Shown here: positions 52,649-62,410 of the stretch, one piece after another
How positions within the stretch are numbered: position 1 is the stretch's first letter
Layout: each line of letters begins with the position of its first letter
Assembly: GCA_944323535.1 (NCBI GenBank)
Contig: CALUSW010000001.1
Coordinates: 7,300 to 71,299, forward strand
Reading direction: 5' to 3'
DNA from: Candidatus Gastranaerophilales bacterium
GTDB taxonomy: Bacteria > Cyanobacteriota > Vampirovibrionia > Gastranaerophilales > Gastranaerophilaceae
DNA: 64,000 nucleotides
Translations under genes and position numbers: made by a program
The notes under the pieces: generated by a model
The model's input: only the letters and a program-made list of their open reading frames with translations
Told to the model about the DNA's origin: nothing
The model's database searches: none

Positions 52649-54185
52649 GTAATTCTCCTACATATTCTACTTTAAATAATGCTGCAAATATTATATACAC
52701 CGATATACAAAGAATTAATATAATTAAAGTTTTTATTGCCAGCATAAACCAGTTTGCAGAATTTACAATCCAGCCGTTATAAATCATAAGATTTATAATA
52801 AAAGATATTATTGCCGCAGCAAGCATTTTGATAAGATTTATAAAATAAGTTTTATATCCGAGATTAATTCTTTTAAGTAAAATACATCCCAACAGAACAG
52901 CATTAATTAAAGTTACCAGCGATGTTGAAAGGGTTATTGCCGCAATTCCCAATTTTCCTATAAACAAAGCATTTAAAATAAATTTCAAAATTATTGAGGA
53001 AAAAGCTACAAGAAAAGGAGTTTTTGAGTCATTAAACGAATAGAATACTCTTGTAACGGAATCTCTGAAAACATAAGGAATAATTGCAAAAGAAAGAAAA
53101 ATTAAAGCCTGAGATACCATATAAGTAGCATTAGAGTCAAATTCTCCTCTTTGAAATACAAGCTGTACAACATCATAAGCTAACAGAATAATACAAAACA
53201 TTATGGGAATGGCTGCAAAATTCAACAGCCCTATTCCTTTATGAAAGTAATATTTTATTTCATCATATTTTTTTTCTCCTACCAAACGAGAAAATATAGG
53301 AAATAACGGAACAAGAAATGCGGTAGCTAATATTCCGACCGGAAATTGAAAAATTCTGTTTGCATAACCTATTGCAGTCCAGGCGCCTTCTTTTAATTGG
53401 GAGGCAAAAAACATATCTACATAAACATATATTTGTCCTATGGTGGAGCTTAAAGCCGCAGGGAATACAAGTTCTATAAGATTTTTAAATTCCGGATTGT
53501 TCTTAAAATTAAAATTAGGTTTTATTTTAAATCCTAATTTTTTGACTGCGGGGAACTGGGCGATAAATTGCAGAAAAGCCCCTATTGTTGTTGCAACTGC
53601 AAGAGCAGTGCCGAAATTATCCTGTTTTACGACGGCAATTATAATAATTATGCTTAAACTCATTAAAACGGGCGAAATATTCGGCAGAAGAAAATTTCTG
53701 TATGTAATCAAAAGTCCGTAATATATGCCTATAATGCCGCCTATTAATATAACCGGAGTCATTATTCTTAAATGATTAGCTGCTATAGAAACAAGCTCCT
53801 GATTATCACTATGAATTATAAAATTGAGTATTTGTTCGGAAAATATAAATATTATGAGCGAGAACAAAGCAAATATAATAAAAGTGGCAGTCAGAAAAGT
53901 ATTAAATAATTTATTTACTTTTTCACTTGGCATTTTATCATCGGGATTAACAAGTTTTGCAAATACACTTACCGTTGCACTGTGAAAAGGGCCGCCGACT
54001 CCTCCCATTAAAATTATAGCAAGCGACGGTATTTGATACGCATAAAAATATGCATCCGAAACAAGCCCCGCGCCATAATAATTTGCTATACATATATCGC
54101 GTATAAAACCAACAAACTTAGAAATTATTGTTACAAAAGCAATAAGCCAGGCCGCTTTTAACAAGGAACAGTCTTTACTCATCAA
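52605..54185 (-). CDS. murJ: Lipid II flippase MurJ
   Basis: ISKFVGFIRDICIANYYGAGLVSDAYFYAYQIP N-terminal signature and about 14 TM segments. Confidence 0.9.
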   Translation of the reverse strand: MMSKDCSLLKAAWLIAFVTIISKFVGFIRDICIANYYGAGLVSDAYFYAYQIPSLAIILMGGVGGPFHSATVSVFAKLVNPDDKMPSEKVNKLFNTFLTATFIIFALFSLIIFIFSEQILNFIIHSDNQELVSIAANHLRIMTPVILIGGIIGIYYGLLITYRNFLLPNISPVLMSLSIIIIIAVVKQDNFGTALAVATTIGAFLQFIAQFPAVKKLGFKIKPNFNFKNNPEFKNLIELVFPAALSSTIGQIYVYVDMFFASQLKEGAWTAIGYANRIFQFPVGILATAFLVPLFPIFSRLVGEKKYDEIKYYFHKGIGLLNFAAIPIMFCIILLAYDVVQLVFQRGEFDSNATYMVSQALIFLSFAIIPYVFRDSVTRVFYSFNDSKTPFLVAFSSIILKFILNALFIGKLGIAAITLSTSLVTLINAVLLGCILLKRINLGYKTYFINLIKMLAAAIISFIINLMIYNGWIVNSANWFMLAIKTLIILILCISVYIIFAALFKVEYVGELLERIKNYIKQKFVC

Positions 54186-55818
54186 CAGCCCCTTTTATTT
54201 GAATAAATACAGTTGCTGAATCTTCAAAAGTTGCATCTTCATCTGTTACAAGATAAGATATTTTATTTTCGCCCTTGTTTAAATATCTTGAGATACTTAC
54301 TTTTGTTTCTTCTTTGTCCGGTTTTATGGTTAATTCTTTATTATTAACAAAAACTTTTATTTTTTTTATGTTGTTTGAATTTAATACAATGATTTGTGCA
54401 TCTTCATTTTCCGTATAAAAAATTCGTTCGGTTATCTTGTAATTGCCTCTTATAACAACCGGTATTGTTGCTAATTTAATTCCTCTGTAATAATGCTGTA
54501 AAATTTCGTCAAAGGTATACCCTGAGGCAGCCATTTTACCTGCGCCCCACTGGCTCATTCCTACACCGTGCCCGAAACCTCCGCCTGAAAATTTATATAC
54601 GGGTACAGCCGAATTTATATATGAAATTACAAAGTTGGCGCTGGGAAGAGAAATGCCGTTTTTAGGAAAACATCTTCTTATAACAAGCTCTTTGTTGATT
54701 ATAAAAGTATTTTTATCTGTTTTTACCTCAAGCGTTATAATCTTTCCGGATTTCCCTCTTTCCAGAGCTTTTATTGAAATGAGATTTCCAAAATCTTCTT
54801 CCGAAATAAGAGGAGGAGTAATAAAACCTGTAGTTGACTGGGCTTTTATTGTTTTCGGTAATATCTTATTCAGCTCATCCGCTGTCCATTCTTTCGACCA
54901 TCTGTAATAAGGAGATACGTCATCGAATGCTTCCGGATTTGATAAATAAAATTCTTCCGCTTTTTCATCAGTGTTTAGTTCGGGGAAGTTATTATTATCA
55001 GGTACTGCCGTCAGATACGGAATATTTTTTGAAGGGAAAATACGTGTTTCGGGATCGGAGAAGGCAAATTCATAACTCTCTGTGTATCCTCCGGCAGTGG
55101 AACTGTACAGAGCTAATATCGGATTATTTTCTTTATCAAGAGCAATTATCCCGTTTGTCTGTTCAACTGCTTTATCAGAAACTGGATCTTCCGTATTTGC
55201 TCCAAAATATACCTGACAGGCAACGGAATCGCACAAATCAAATTCATCATAAGCTTTTACTCTCGGTGTTACCGCATAATTTCTTGCTGCTACGGTTTGT
55301 GCTTTTAAGGCTTCAAGTCCGAATCTTACCGGCATTTCATTTGGAACAACTCCTCTTAGATAGTTTTTAAGGCTTAATACATTAACTATAGAAAATTTAC
55401 TTATATCTTTTGAGCTTCTTACTAATTCAATATAACCCCTGTATAATGCCTGCTTTCCTTTTCTTTTTAATCCCTCAATTGAAATAAAATTATTATCATC
55501 AGGTTTTATGAGAACAGGACCTGTCAAATTTCTCGCTGCCAGTTTATTATCAATATATATTCTAAATAAATTATTTTCGGATGTTACCTTTAAAATTTGC
55601 GCAGTTTCCTGTATAGGAAGAACGTATCCTGTTGCAGAATCCATAACATGCAAAGAAGAAGCATTATTGAACTTTATTTCATCAAAAATATATGTTTTAA
55701 ATCCTGTATCACTGATTCCGACCCTGACAGGAATATGGTTGTCTGCAGCATATGAATACTGAACAAAATAAAAAAATAAAAATATTAGAAATGATATAAT
55801 TTTGCTTAATTTAAACAT
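54175..55818 (-). CDS. SpoIID/LytB domain protein
   Basis: Signal peptide; VPNEMP, EALKAQTVAARNYA, YSSTAGGYTE, GHGVGMSQWGA. Confidence 0.9.
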   Translation of the reverse strand: MFKLSKIISFLIFLFFYFVQYSYAADNHIPVRVGISDTGFKTYIFDEIKFNNASSLHVMDSATGYVLPIQETAQILKVTSENNLFRIYIDNKLAARNLTGPVLIKPDDNNFISIEGLKRKGKQALYRGYIELVRSSKDISKFSIVNVLSLKNYLRGVVPNEMPVRFGLEALKAQTVAARNYAVTPRVKAYDEFDLCDSVACQVYFGANTEDPVSDKAVEQTNGIIALDKENNPILALYSSTAGGYTESYEFAFSDPETRIFPSKNIPYLTAVPDNNNFPELNTDEKAEEFYLSNPEAFDDVSPYYRWSKEWTADELNKILPKTIKAQSTTGFITPPLISEEDFGNLISIKALERGKSGKIITLEVKTDKNTFIINKELVIRRCFPKNGISLPSANFVISYINSAVPVYKFSGGGFGHGVGMSQWGAGKMAASGYTFDEILQHYYRGIKLATIPVVIRGNYKITERIFYTENEDAQIIVLNSNNIKKIKVFVNNKELTIKPDKEETKVSISRYLNKGENKISYLVTDEDATFEDSATVFIQIKGAVDE

Positions 55819-55936
55819 GCTATTCCCTAACAGCTCTATTATAGATTAAAGAATGAATAAATGGAAATAGCAAACATCTGTATTCACTTTTAATTAAATC
55901 AGAGCTATTATATTCTTGAAAAAGGAATAATATAAA

Positions 55937-57148
55937 ATGGGTTTAAATTCTACACCTTCATCAGAAAGAGTTTATATCGGTTTTTTCGGCAGAAGAAATG
56001 CCGGGAAATCAAGTTTGGTAAATGCTGTTACCGGTCAGGATTTAGCGGTCGTATCACCTGTTAAAGGAACAACAACTGATCCTGTTTATAAAGCAATGGA
56101 ACTACTTCCGATAGGTCCTGTTTCAATTGTAGATACTCCGGGATTTGATGATGAGGGGGAACTTGGCAGGCTTAGAATAGAAAAAACAAAACAGGTTTTG
56201 AATAAAGTTGATATTGCTGTTTTAATTGTCGACTCTCAAACCGGTGTTAATGATATAGATAAAGAATTAATAAAAATTTTTGAAGATAAAAATATAATTT
56301 ATATTATTGCTTATAATAAAGCAGATTTAATCGCAGAAAAACCGGAATTAAAACTTGAAAAAAATGAAATATATGTAAGTGCAAAAAAGAAAACAAATAT
56401 TTATGAACTTAAAGAATTAATAGCTTCTTTATATGACGGCGGTTTAAACAGCCGAAAATTAGTTAAAGACCTTATAAATCCGAATGATTTAGTTATACTG
56501 GTAACACCTATAGATTCTGCCGCACCCAAAGGAAGATTAATTTTGCCCCAGCAGCAGGTAATAAGAGATTTACTGGAAGCTGATGCTCTGTCTGTTGTTG
56601 TTAAAGAAACCGAACTTGTTTCTGCATTGAACAGCTGCAGCAAAAAACCCAAAATAGTTATAACCGATTCTCAGGCTTTCGGGCGTGTATCTGAAGAAAC
56701 ACCTGATGATATTTATCTTACTTCTTTTTCCATTTTATTCGCAAGATATAAAGGAGTTTTAAAAGAAGCCGTAAAGAGTGTAAAAATGTTAGAAAAACTC
56801 AAAGATAATGATACACTTCTTATCTCGGAAGGCTGCACACACCACAGGCAATGTGATGATATAGGAACAGTAAAACTCCCCCGGTGGATTCAAAATTATA
56901 CAGGCAGACATCTGAATTTTGAATTTTCTTCAGGCGGAGGATTTCCTTCTGATTTGTCAAAATATAAACTTATTGTTCATTGCGGCGCTTGCATGCTTAA
57001 AGACAGAGAAGTTATGTTCAGATATAAACAGGCACAGGAAAGTAATATTCCAATAACAAATTACGGAATAACTATTGCCTATATTAATAAAATTCTTGAA
57101 AGAAGCCTTCGGATTTTTCCTGATATACACAAAGAGTTGGTTAAATAA
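55937..57148 (+). CDS. hydF: [FeFe] hydrogenase H-cluster maturation GTPase HydF
   Basis: GRRNAGKSSLVNA, GTTTDPV, DTPG, NKAD, C-terminal cluster motif EGCTHH...VHCGAC (CxH...HCxxC). Confidence 0.85.
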   Translation: MGLNSTPSSERVYIGFFGRRNAGKSSLVNAVTGQDLAVVSPVKGTTTDPVYKAMELLPIGPVSIVDTPGFDDEGELGRLRIEKTKQVLNKVDIAVLIVDSQTGVNDIDKELIKIFEDKNIIYIIAYNKADLIAEKPELKLEKNEIYVSAKKKTNIYELKELIASLYDGGLNSRKLVKDLINPNDLVILVTPIDSAAPKGRLILPQQQVIRDLLEADALSVVVKETELVSALNSCSKKPKIVITDSQAFGRVSEETPDDIYLTSFSILFARYKGVLKEAVKSVKMLEKLKDNDTLLISEGCTHHRQCDDIGTVKLPRWIQNYTGRHLNFEFSSGGGFPSDLSKYKLIVHCGACMLKDREVMFRYKQAQESNIPITNYGITIAYINKILERSLRIFPDIHKELVK

Positions 57149-57308
57149 ATAATATATATATCATATATATTATTACATTTTGTAAACGGCTTAAAGGCTT
57201 TTATTATGCTGTTTTTTAAATTTTGTTAACATTTTTATAATTAAAAAGACAATTATCAGGGCATATATTTTTTATATATATTAGAAGAGTTTAAAAAACG
57301 AGGATAAT

Positions 57309-57608
57309 ATGAGTTTCTTTTCAGATATTAACGGATTTAATGCTAAAGATATCAAAAGTATTTACAGTCAGAAAGATGATGCTAAAGCTGATTTTTCCGA
57401 AGTTGATTTCTGCATAAATGAAGATATGTCAAATGATATATTTGTATCTGATAATGATTATGGTGAATATACTCATGACTCAGGCAATATATTTGATTTC
57501 AGCGCCGAAAATATCCAAGAAACAATAGAAGATTTAATGTATAATTATAATATGACGCCTGAAGAAGCAGAAGAATATATACATAGAAATATGAATTTAG
57601 AAGGATAA
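57309..57608 (+). CDS. Hypothetical acidic protein (99 aa)
   Basis: ORF with a GAGGA RBS, followed by a strong hairpin. No family recognised. Confidence 0.5.
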   Translation: MSFFSDINGFNAKDIKSIYSQKDDAKADFSEVDFCINEDMSNDIFVSDNDYGEYTHDSGNIFDFSAENIQETIEDLMYNYNMTPEEAEEYIHRNMNLEG

Positions 57609-57622
57609 TAATAATAAAGAAT

Positions 57623-57666
57623 AAAAGGATAAAATCTCTTTAATATTAAAGAGATTTTATCCTTTT
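57623..57666. terminator. Bidirectional terminator, 22-nt perfect palindrome arms
   Basis: AAAAGGATAAAATCTCTTTAAT (57623-57644) pairs with ATTAAAGAGATTTTATCCTTTT (57645-57666). It overlaps the 3' end of the permease gene. Confidence 0.7.
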
Positions 57667-58502
57667 AAAGCGCCTTCATTTTGTCCTGAAATGAAATATT
57701 TCTGCATTATAATGAAAAATATTAAAACAGGAATAATTGAAATAATAGCGCCTGCCGCAATATAGCGCCAGTTAGCACTGAATAACCCCTGTAAATCATT
57801 AACTCCAACAGGAAGTGTATATAAAAATTTATTTGTTAAAACAATACTTGGCCAGAGAAATTCTCCCCAAGACCCTATGAAAGTGAATATAGCAAGAACC
57901 GCAAGAGAAGGAGCTGTCATAGGAAGTAAAATGCTTCGCCAAATATTAAATACACTGCAGCCGTCAATAAAAGCCGCTTCTTCCATTTCTTTCGGAATAG
58001 CAAGAAAAGCCTGGCGCATAAGAAAAATTCCAAACGCATTAACGGCAAACGGCAAAATTAATCCGAGATATCCGGCGGTAAATCCGTATGAGTCAACAAG
58101 ATGAAGTTTTAAGACTATTAAATATACGGGAAGCATTATAGCCTGAAAAGGAATCATTATTGTTGAAAGTATAAGACTAAAAATTATATTTTTGCCCTTA
58201 AATTGCATTCTGGCAAGAGGATATGCAGCAAGTGACGAGAAAATCAAATTCAAAATTACGGTAAATCCCGCAACAATAAAGCTGTTCATAAAATACAGCA
58301 AAAAAGGAATCTGCTTCCATGCTCCTTTAAAATTATCAAAAGTTATATTTTGAGGTATAAAAACAGGCGGATATTGAAATATATTTTCGTCAATACCTTT
58401 TAATGCCGTTGAAATCAACCATAGAAAAGGGAATATTGATATTAAAGATATAAATATAAGAAAAGTATGAGAAAAAATGCCCTTTAGAAAATTTTTTATC
58501 AT
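57657..58502 (-). CDS. Carbohydrate ABC transporter permease (MalG-like)
   Basis: Six TM segments; EAA loop EEAAFIDGCSVFNIWRSILLP. Confidence 0.9.
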   Translation of the reverse strand: MIKNFLKGIFSHTFLIFISLISIFPFLWLISTALKGIDENIFQYPPVFIPQNITFDNFKGAWKQIPFLLYFMNSFIVAGFTVILNLIFSSLAAYPLARMQFKGKNIIFSLILSTIMIPFQAIMLPVYLIVLKLHLVDSYGFTAGYLGLILPFAVNAFGIFLMRQAFLAIPKEMEEAAFIDGCSVFNIWRSILLPMTAPSLAVLAIFTFIGSWGEFLWPSIVLTNKFLYTLPVGVNDLQGLFSANWRYIAAGAIISIIPVLIFFIIMQKYFISGQNEGALKG

Positions 58503-59371
58503 AATTCATACCTCTTTTTTTCAAAAAAGGTAATATTTATTACGGAAAATATAAGTATTATAAAAAGTAAAATAACGGAGGCGGCAGAAGCTGCTGATAA
58601 ATCAAGATATTCAAAAGCTCTTTCATAAATGTAATATACAATTGTTTTTGTGGAATTTAACGGACCGCCCTTTGTCATAACGTATATTTCCGTAAAAACT
58701 TTTAATGCCGATATTGAGGATATTATTACAACAAGAGCAATTGAGGGCATAATATGCGGAATAGTGACGGTTAAATGTTTTTGAAACTCATTTGCACCGT
58801 CAACTTCTGCTGCTTCATATAATTCTTTCGGGACTCCGACAAGGGCTGCAAGGTAAATCATCATATAATAACCTATACCTTTATATATCGTTACCAGCGA
58901 AACAGCAAACAGTGCGAATTTTGTATCAGTAAGCCAGCCTACGGGTTTTATATTAATTAATTCCATAAAATAGTTTAATACTCCCTGCTGGGCATACAGC
59001 CATTTAAAGGCAATTGCTACAACAACAATGGAAATTATAACGGGCAGATAGATTAATATTTTATATAAGGTAATTCCTTTTAATTTTTGGTTTATGACAA
59101 TTGCTACAACTAACGGAAATACTGTTAAAAACGGAACAACCATAAGTAAAAATAAAAAAGTATTTATTAAAACTTTATAAAAAATTTTGGATTTAAATAA
59201 AATTAAATAATTATCAAAACCTATAAATACAGGATTATATATATCAGCGGAAAAATCTTTAAAACTTAATATTATCGTATAAAATAAAGGGAGAAAGAAG
59301 AATACTGCAAGTATAGCTGCTGCAGGAAATAAAAACATATACGGAATATATTTTTTATAAAAGTTATTCAA
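58499..59371 (-). CDS. Carbohydrate ABC transporter permease (MalF-like)
   Basis: Six TM segments; EAA loop YEAAEVDGANEFQKHLTVTIP. Confidence 0.9.
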   Translation of the reverse strand: MNNFYKKYIPYMFLFPAAAILAVFFFLPLFYTIILSFKDFSADIYNPVFIGFDNYLILFKSKIFYKVLINTFLFLLMVVPFLTVFPLVVAIVINQKLKGITLYKILIYLPVIISIVVVAIAFKWLYAQQGVLNYFMELINIKPVGWLTDTKFALFAVSLVTIYKGIGYYMMIYLAALVGVPKELYEAAEVDGANEFQKHLTVTIPHIMPSIALVVIISSISALKVFTEIYVMTKGGPLNSTKTIVYYIYERAFEYLDLSAASAASVILLFIILIFSVINITFFEKKRYEL

Positions 59372-59460
59372 TTAATACACCTTTAAGTTTGTTTAAATTA
59401 TACCCTTTTTTGGCAATATTTGCACAAAAAATGTTTTTATTATAAATAAGGAGAGAAAAA

Positions 59461-60195
59461 ATGAACTTTTTGAACAAATTAAAAAATATTATACACAAAC
59501 AATTTGTAAAAATTGTTCTATGGCAGCGAAATAAAAACAAAGCCGGAAAAATCTTCTTTAAAAGTTCAACAACTAAACATTCCATGAATTCAAGCTGTTC
59601 ATTAAAAATTTCAGCTGAAACAGAAAAAAAGAAGAATGAAATCAATGAAGAATTGCGAAATATTGTAAAAAAATATATTAATACACCGGAAAATCTTATA
59701 CAGTATATACAAACACAGGGAATTAAAGTATATAAATTTAAAAATGCCGATAAAATCCTAGCATTGCTGGGAGAAGAAGAAGGATTTCTGACTCCTTTAA
59801 AAGGCTTAAAAGCAATATTCTTAAATATGATATTAAAAATAAAAGCAGGAAAGATTCATGGATTTGGATTTTCAACAGAAGAAATGTTTATTTTTAATCT
59901 TAATAACACAGAGATTTATACAATAGCAAGAGCTTTGCATAAATATTACGGATATAAAAATAATCTTCCGGGATATGATTATAAATCTCAGGAAATATTT
60001 AAGAAAGTATATAAAAAGAGCAAAAATCATACATCTCCATTTTTCGGATGTACCATTAATGATATGTATGCCTGTAAAGAAGCAATAGCAAGAGATCTTG
60101 AATCAATAAACTTTACAATAGCTCTTTCTGTTGAATATGAACGTTCAAAAAAGGCATTAGAAAAAATTTCCAAAAATAAGAGTACAAATATATAG
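59461..60195 (+). CDS. Hypothetical protein (244 aa)
   Basis: AAGGAGAG RBS 5 nt upstream. No family recognised. Confidence 0.55.
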   Translation: MNFLNKLKNIIHKQFVKIVLWQRNKNKAGKIFFKSSTTKHSMNSSCSLKISAETEKKKNEINEELRNIVKKYINTPENLIQYIQTQGIKVYKFKNADKILALLGEEEGFLTPLKGLKAIFLNMILKIKAGKIHGFGFSTEEMFIFNLNNTEIYTIARALHKYYGYKNNLPGYDYKSQEIFKKVYKKSKNHTSPFFGCTINDMYACKEAIARDLESINFTIALSVEYERSKKALEKISKNKSTNI

Positions 60196-60199
60196 GTTT

Positions 60200-61993
60200 T
60201 TATACAAGTTCTTCATCATATGCATTAATAGGAAGGTAAACAGTGAATACGGAACCTTTGCCTTCTTCGCTTTCTACGGTTATTTTCCCGTGATGATATT
60301 TTTCTATTGTGATTTTAACAAGGTGCAGCCCTAAACCTGTACCTTTAATAGTATGGGTGGCATTTTCAACTCTGTAAAACCTGTCAAAAATTTTCTCAAG
60401 ATGTTCTTTTGCAATGCCTATACCGTTATCTTTTACTGAAAAAACAGCATAATTTTTATCATCGGACAAATAAATACTGACAGATATATCTTTATTTTCC
60501 GGAGAATATTTTATTGCATTAGAAAGGAGATTTCTTATAACTCTGTCTATGCTTTCAACATTTATGGGGACAGAAGGTATTTTTTCTTTAACCTTCATAT
60601 TAATATTTATATTTTTTTCATCCGCAAGAATTTTTATGGAATTTATATTTTGTTCTATAAGTTCAACAAGATCTGAGTATTCTTTTTTTAGTTCAACTGC
60701 ATCGGATTCAAGACGCGAGAAATCAAGAATATCATTAACCATTGTATGCAGCCTTTTAGCTTCAACATCAATAGTATTTAAAAATTCTTTTTTTGTAATT
60801 TCGTCAAAGTCATCGCCGTTGTTGCATAAAGTATCAATATAAGTTCTTAAAACAGTAACCGGAGTTCTAAGTTCATGCGAAACATTTGAAATAAAAGTGT
60901 TTTTTAATTTGTTGACTTCTGTTTCTCTTGTAATATCCAGAAGAACTATAATATATCCGACATAATCCTGTAATTTTGAGAACATTGGCGAAATCATGGC
61001 TTTAATTGTCTTTTTTCCGGCTTCTATATTAAGTTCTACCGGCTTATTTTCTATGATGTTTAAAGGTGTATCTTTAAATTCTTCAATTTTTTCAAGAAAA
61101 CATTTTTGACCGTGAGAGTCAACATAATCCTGAATTTTTGTGTTTATAAATGAGTTTTCGTTATCAATATCAAGCATTTTTAAAGCAGAAGAATTTGCAA
61201 GTACAACATTATCATAATTATCACATACAATAACTCCGTTAATAATGCTCATAAGGACGGCTTCTAGTTTATTTCTTTCCAGGGTCAGCTGTTCAATATT
61301 TTGTTCTTCATATTTAGAGAGTATATTAGACATATCATTAAAAGCATCTGTTAATTCTTTCATATTTTCAGATTCAAGTTTATACCCGAATTTTCCGGTA
61401 GATATTTGTTTTACCCCTTTATATAACTTTTTAAGTTCTTTTGAAAGAAATACGAAATTAGCAAACATGATAACGGCGAAAGTCAGCCATGTAAGAATAA
61501 AAATAGTAAATAAAGATTTTTCAGCCGCATTCGAAATTACTTTTACCCCTTTTCCTGTCATACCGACGGTAACAGAGCCTGCTAAACGGTTGTTTTTTGA
61601 TAAAATAACAGGAGAACTGACACTCACAATAGTTTCTTCGTCATTAACGGGAAAATCCGTTTTTGAAGAATATATAATATTGTTATTTCCGTCCTTAAAA
61701 ATAACAAAAGAAACATCTTCATTTCCCTGAATAATCAAAGCTGCATGACGTTTTAAAATATTTTGTTTTTCTTCAAGAGAAACTCCTCTGGTAAATTCAG
61801 CCGATTCTATGGCTAATGTTGCAGACATCAGCTGCGCAAATTCCGAATATGATTTATCCATTTTATACCGGATGTCATTGATTGCGAAAACTGCGATAGC
61901 GAATATTACTGCAGTACCGACAAAAAGAGCACCCAATACGAATTTTGTTCTTGAATTAAAACGAAAATGAAAATATTTAATACTCATAAGCAA
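60200..61993 (-). CDS. Sensor histidine kinase (2 TM, HAMP, PAS, HisKA, HATPase_c), no adjacent response regulator
   Basis: SHELRTP H-box, NLLSNAIKYS, DNGIGI, GTGLGLHLV; a PAS-like region between the HAMP domain and the H-box. Confidence 0.9.
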   Translation of the reverse strand: MLMSIKYFHFRFNSRTKFVLGALFVGTAVIFAIAVFAINDIRYKMDKSYSEFAQLMSATLAIESAEFTRGVSLEEKQNILKRHAALIIQGNEDVSFVIFKDGNNNIIYSSKTDFPVNDEETIVSVSSPVILSKNNRLAGSVTVGMTGKGVKVISNAAEKSLFTIFILTWLTFAVIMFANFVFLSKELKKLYKGVKQISTGKFGYKLESENMKELTDAFNDMSNILSKYEEQNIEQLTLERNKLEAVLMSIINGVIVCDNYDNVVLANSSALKMLDIDNENSFINTKIQDYVDSHGQKCFLEKIEEFKDTPLNIIENKPVELNIEAGKKTIKAMISPMFSKLQDYVGYIIVLLDITRETEVNKLKNTFISNVSHELRTPVTVLRTYIDTLCNNGDDFDEITKKEFLNTIDVEAKRLHTMVNDILDFSRLESDAVELKKEYSDLVELIEQNINSIKILADEKNININMKVKEKIPSVPINVESIDRVIRNLLSNAIKYSPENKDISVSIYLSDDKNYAVFSVKDNGIGIAKEHLEKIFDRFYRVENATHTIKGTGLGLHLVKITIEKYHHGKITVESEEGKGSVFTVYLPINAYDEELV

Positions 61994-62018
61994 AGAAATT
62001 ATAACATTTATAAATTTT

Positions 62019-62143
62019 TTTTGCGATAAATATGTCCGAACAAAATTTCACGATAAGCCGGCGGTGTGAGTGAAATTTTGAGAGCGGCATATTGAAAAGG
62101 TGAGTATTAAAGTGGAAATGTTGAATTTTCACTTTAATACGAC
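62019..62143 (+). repeat. Intergenic hairpin repeat element, best-preserved copy
   Basis: TTTTGCGATAAAT (62019-62031, identical to 9754-9766). Hairpin AAAATTTCAC (62042-62051), 18-nt loop GATAAGCCGGCGGTGTGA, GTGAAATTTT (62070-62079), with imperfect arm extension to 62030 and 62092. Second hairpin GTATTAAAGTG (62104-62114) / CACTTTAATAC (62130-62140). Confidence 0.55.
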
Positions 62144-62287
62144 ACTAGATTATATTTTGTATTGCAAAAGTCTTTGGGACTTGACAATATATCTCAATAA
62201 TGACAAGCATTTTACGCTAAAGTATATATCAATGTAAAAATATTGTTAACAATTGTTTAACAAAAAACGAAGAAAAAGCTTTTTTTC

Positions 62288-62315
62288 TTGACGGGCATGT
62301 TTTAGCAAGTATTAT
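62288..62315 (+). promoter_or_regulatory. Putative sigma-70 promoter upstream of rpoB
   Basis: TTGACG (62288-62293), 16-nt spacer, TATTAT (62310-62315). Confidence 0.3.
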
Positions 62316-62410
62316 TTTATAATGGCTATGAGTGCCTTTAGTTGAATATTAATAATTAAATAAACATTTTTTATATAGTTGTAGTACACCACATAATGAG
62401 AGGTGAATGA

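Noticed and set aside
57148-57174. AT-only palindrome AATAATATATAT-ATC-ATATATATTATT right after hydF
   Set aside because: It could act as a weak terminator, but the stem has no G-C pairs. It is most likely a compositional artefact of TA-repeat sequence.
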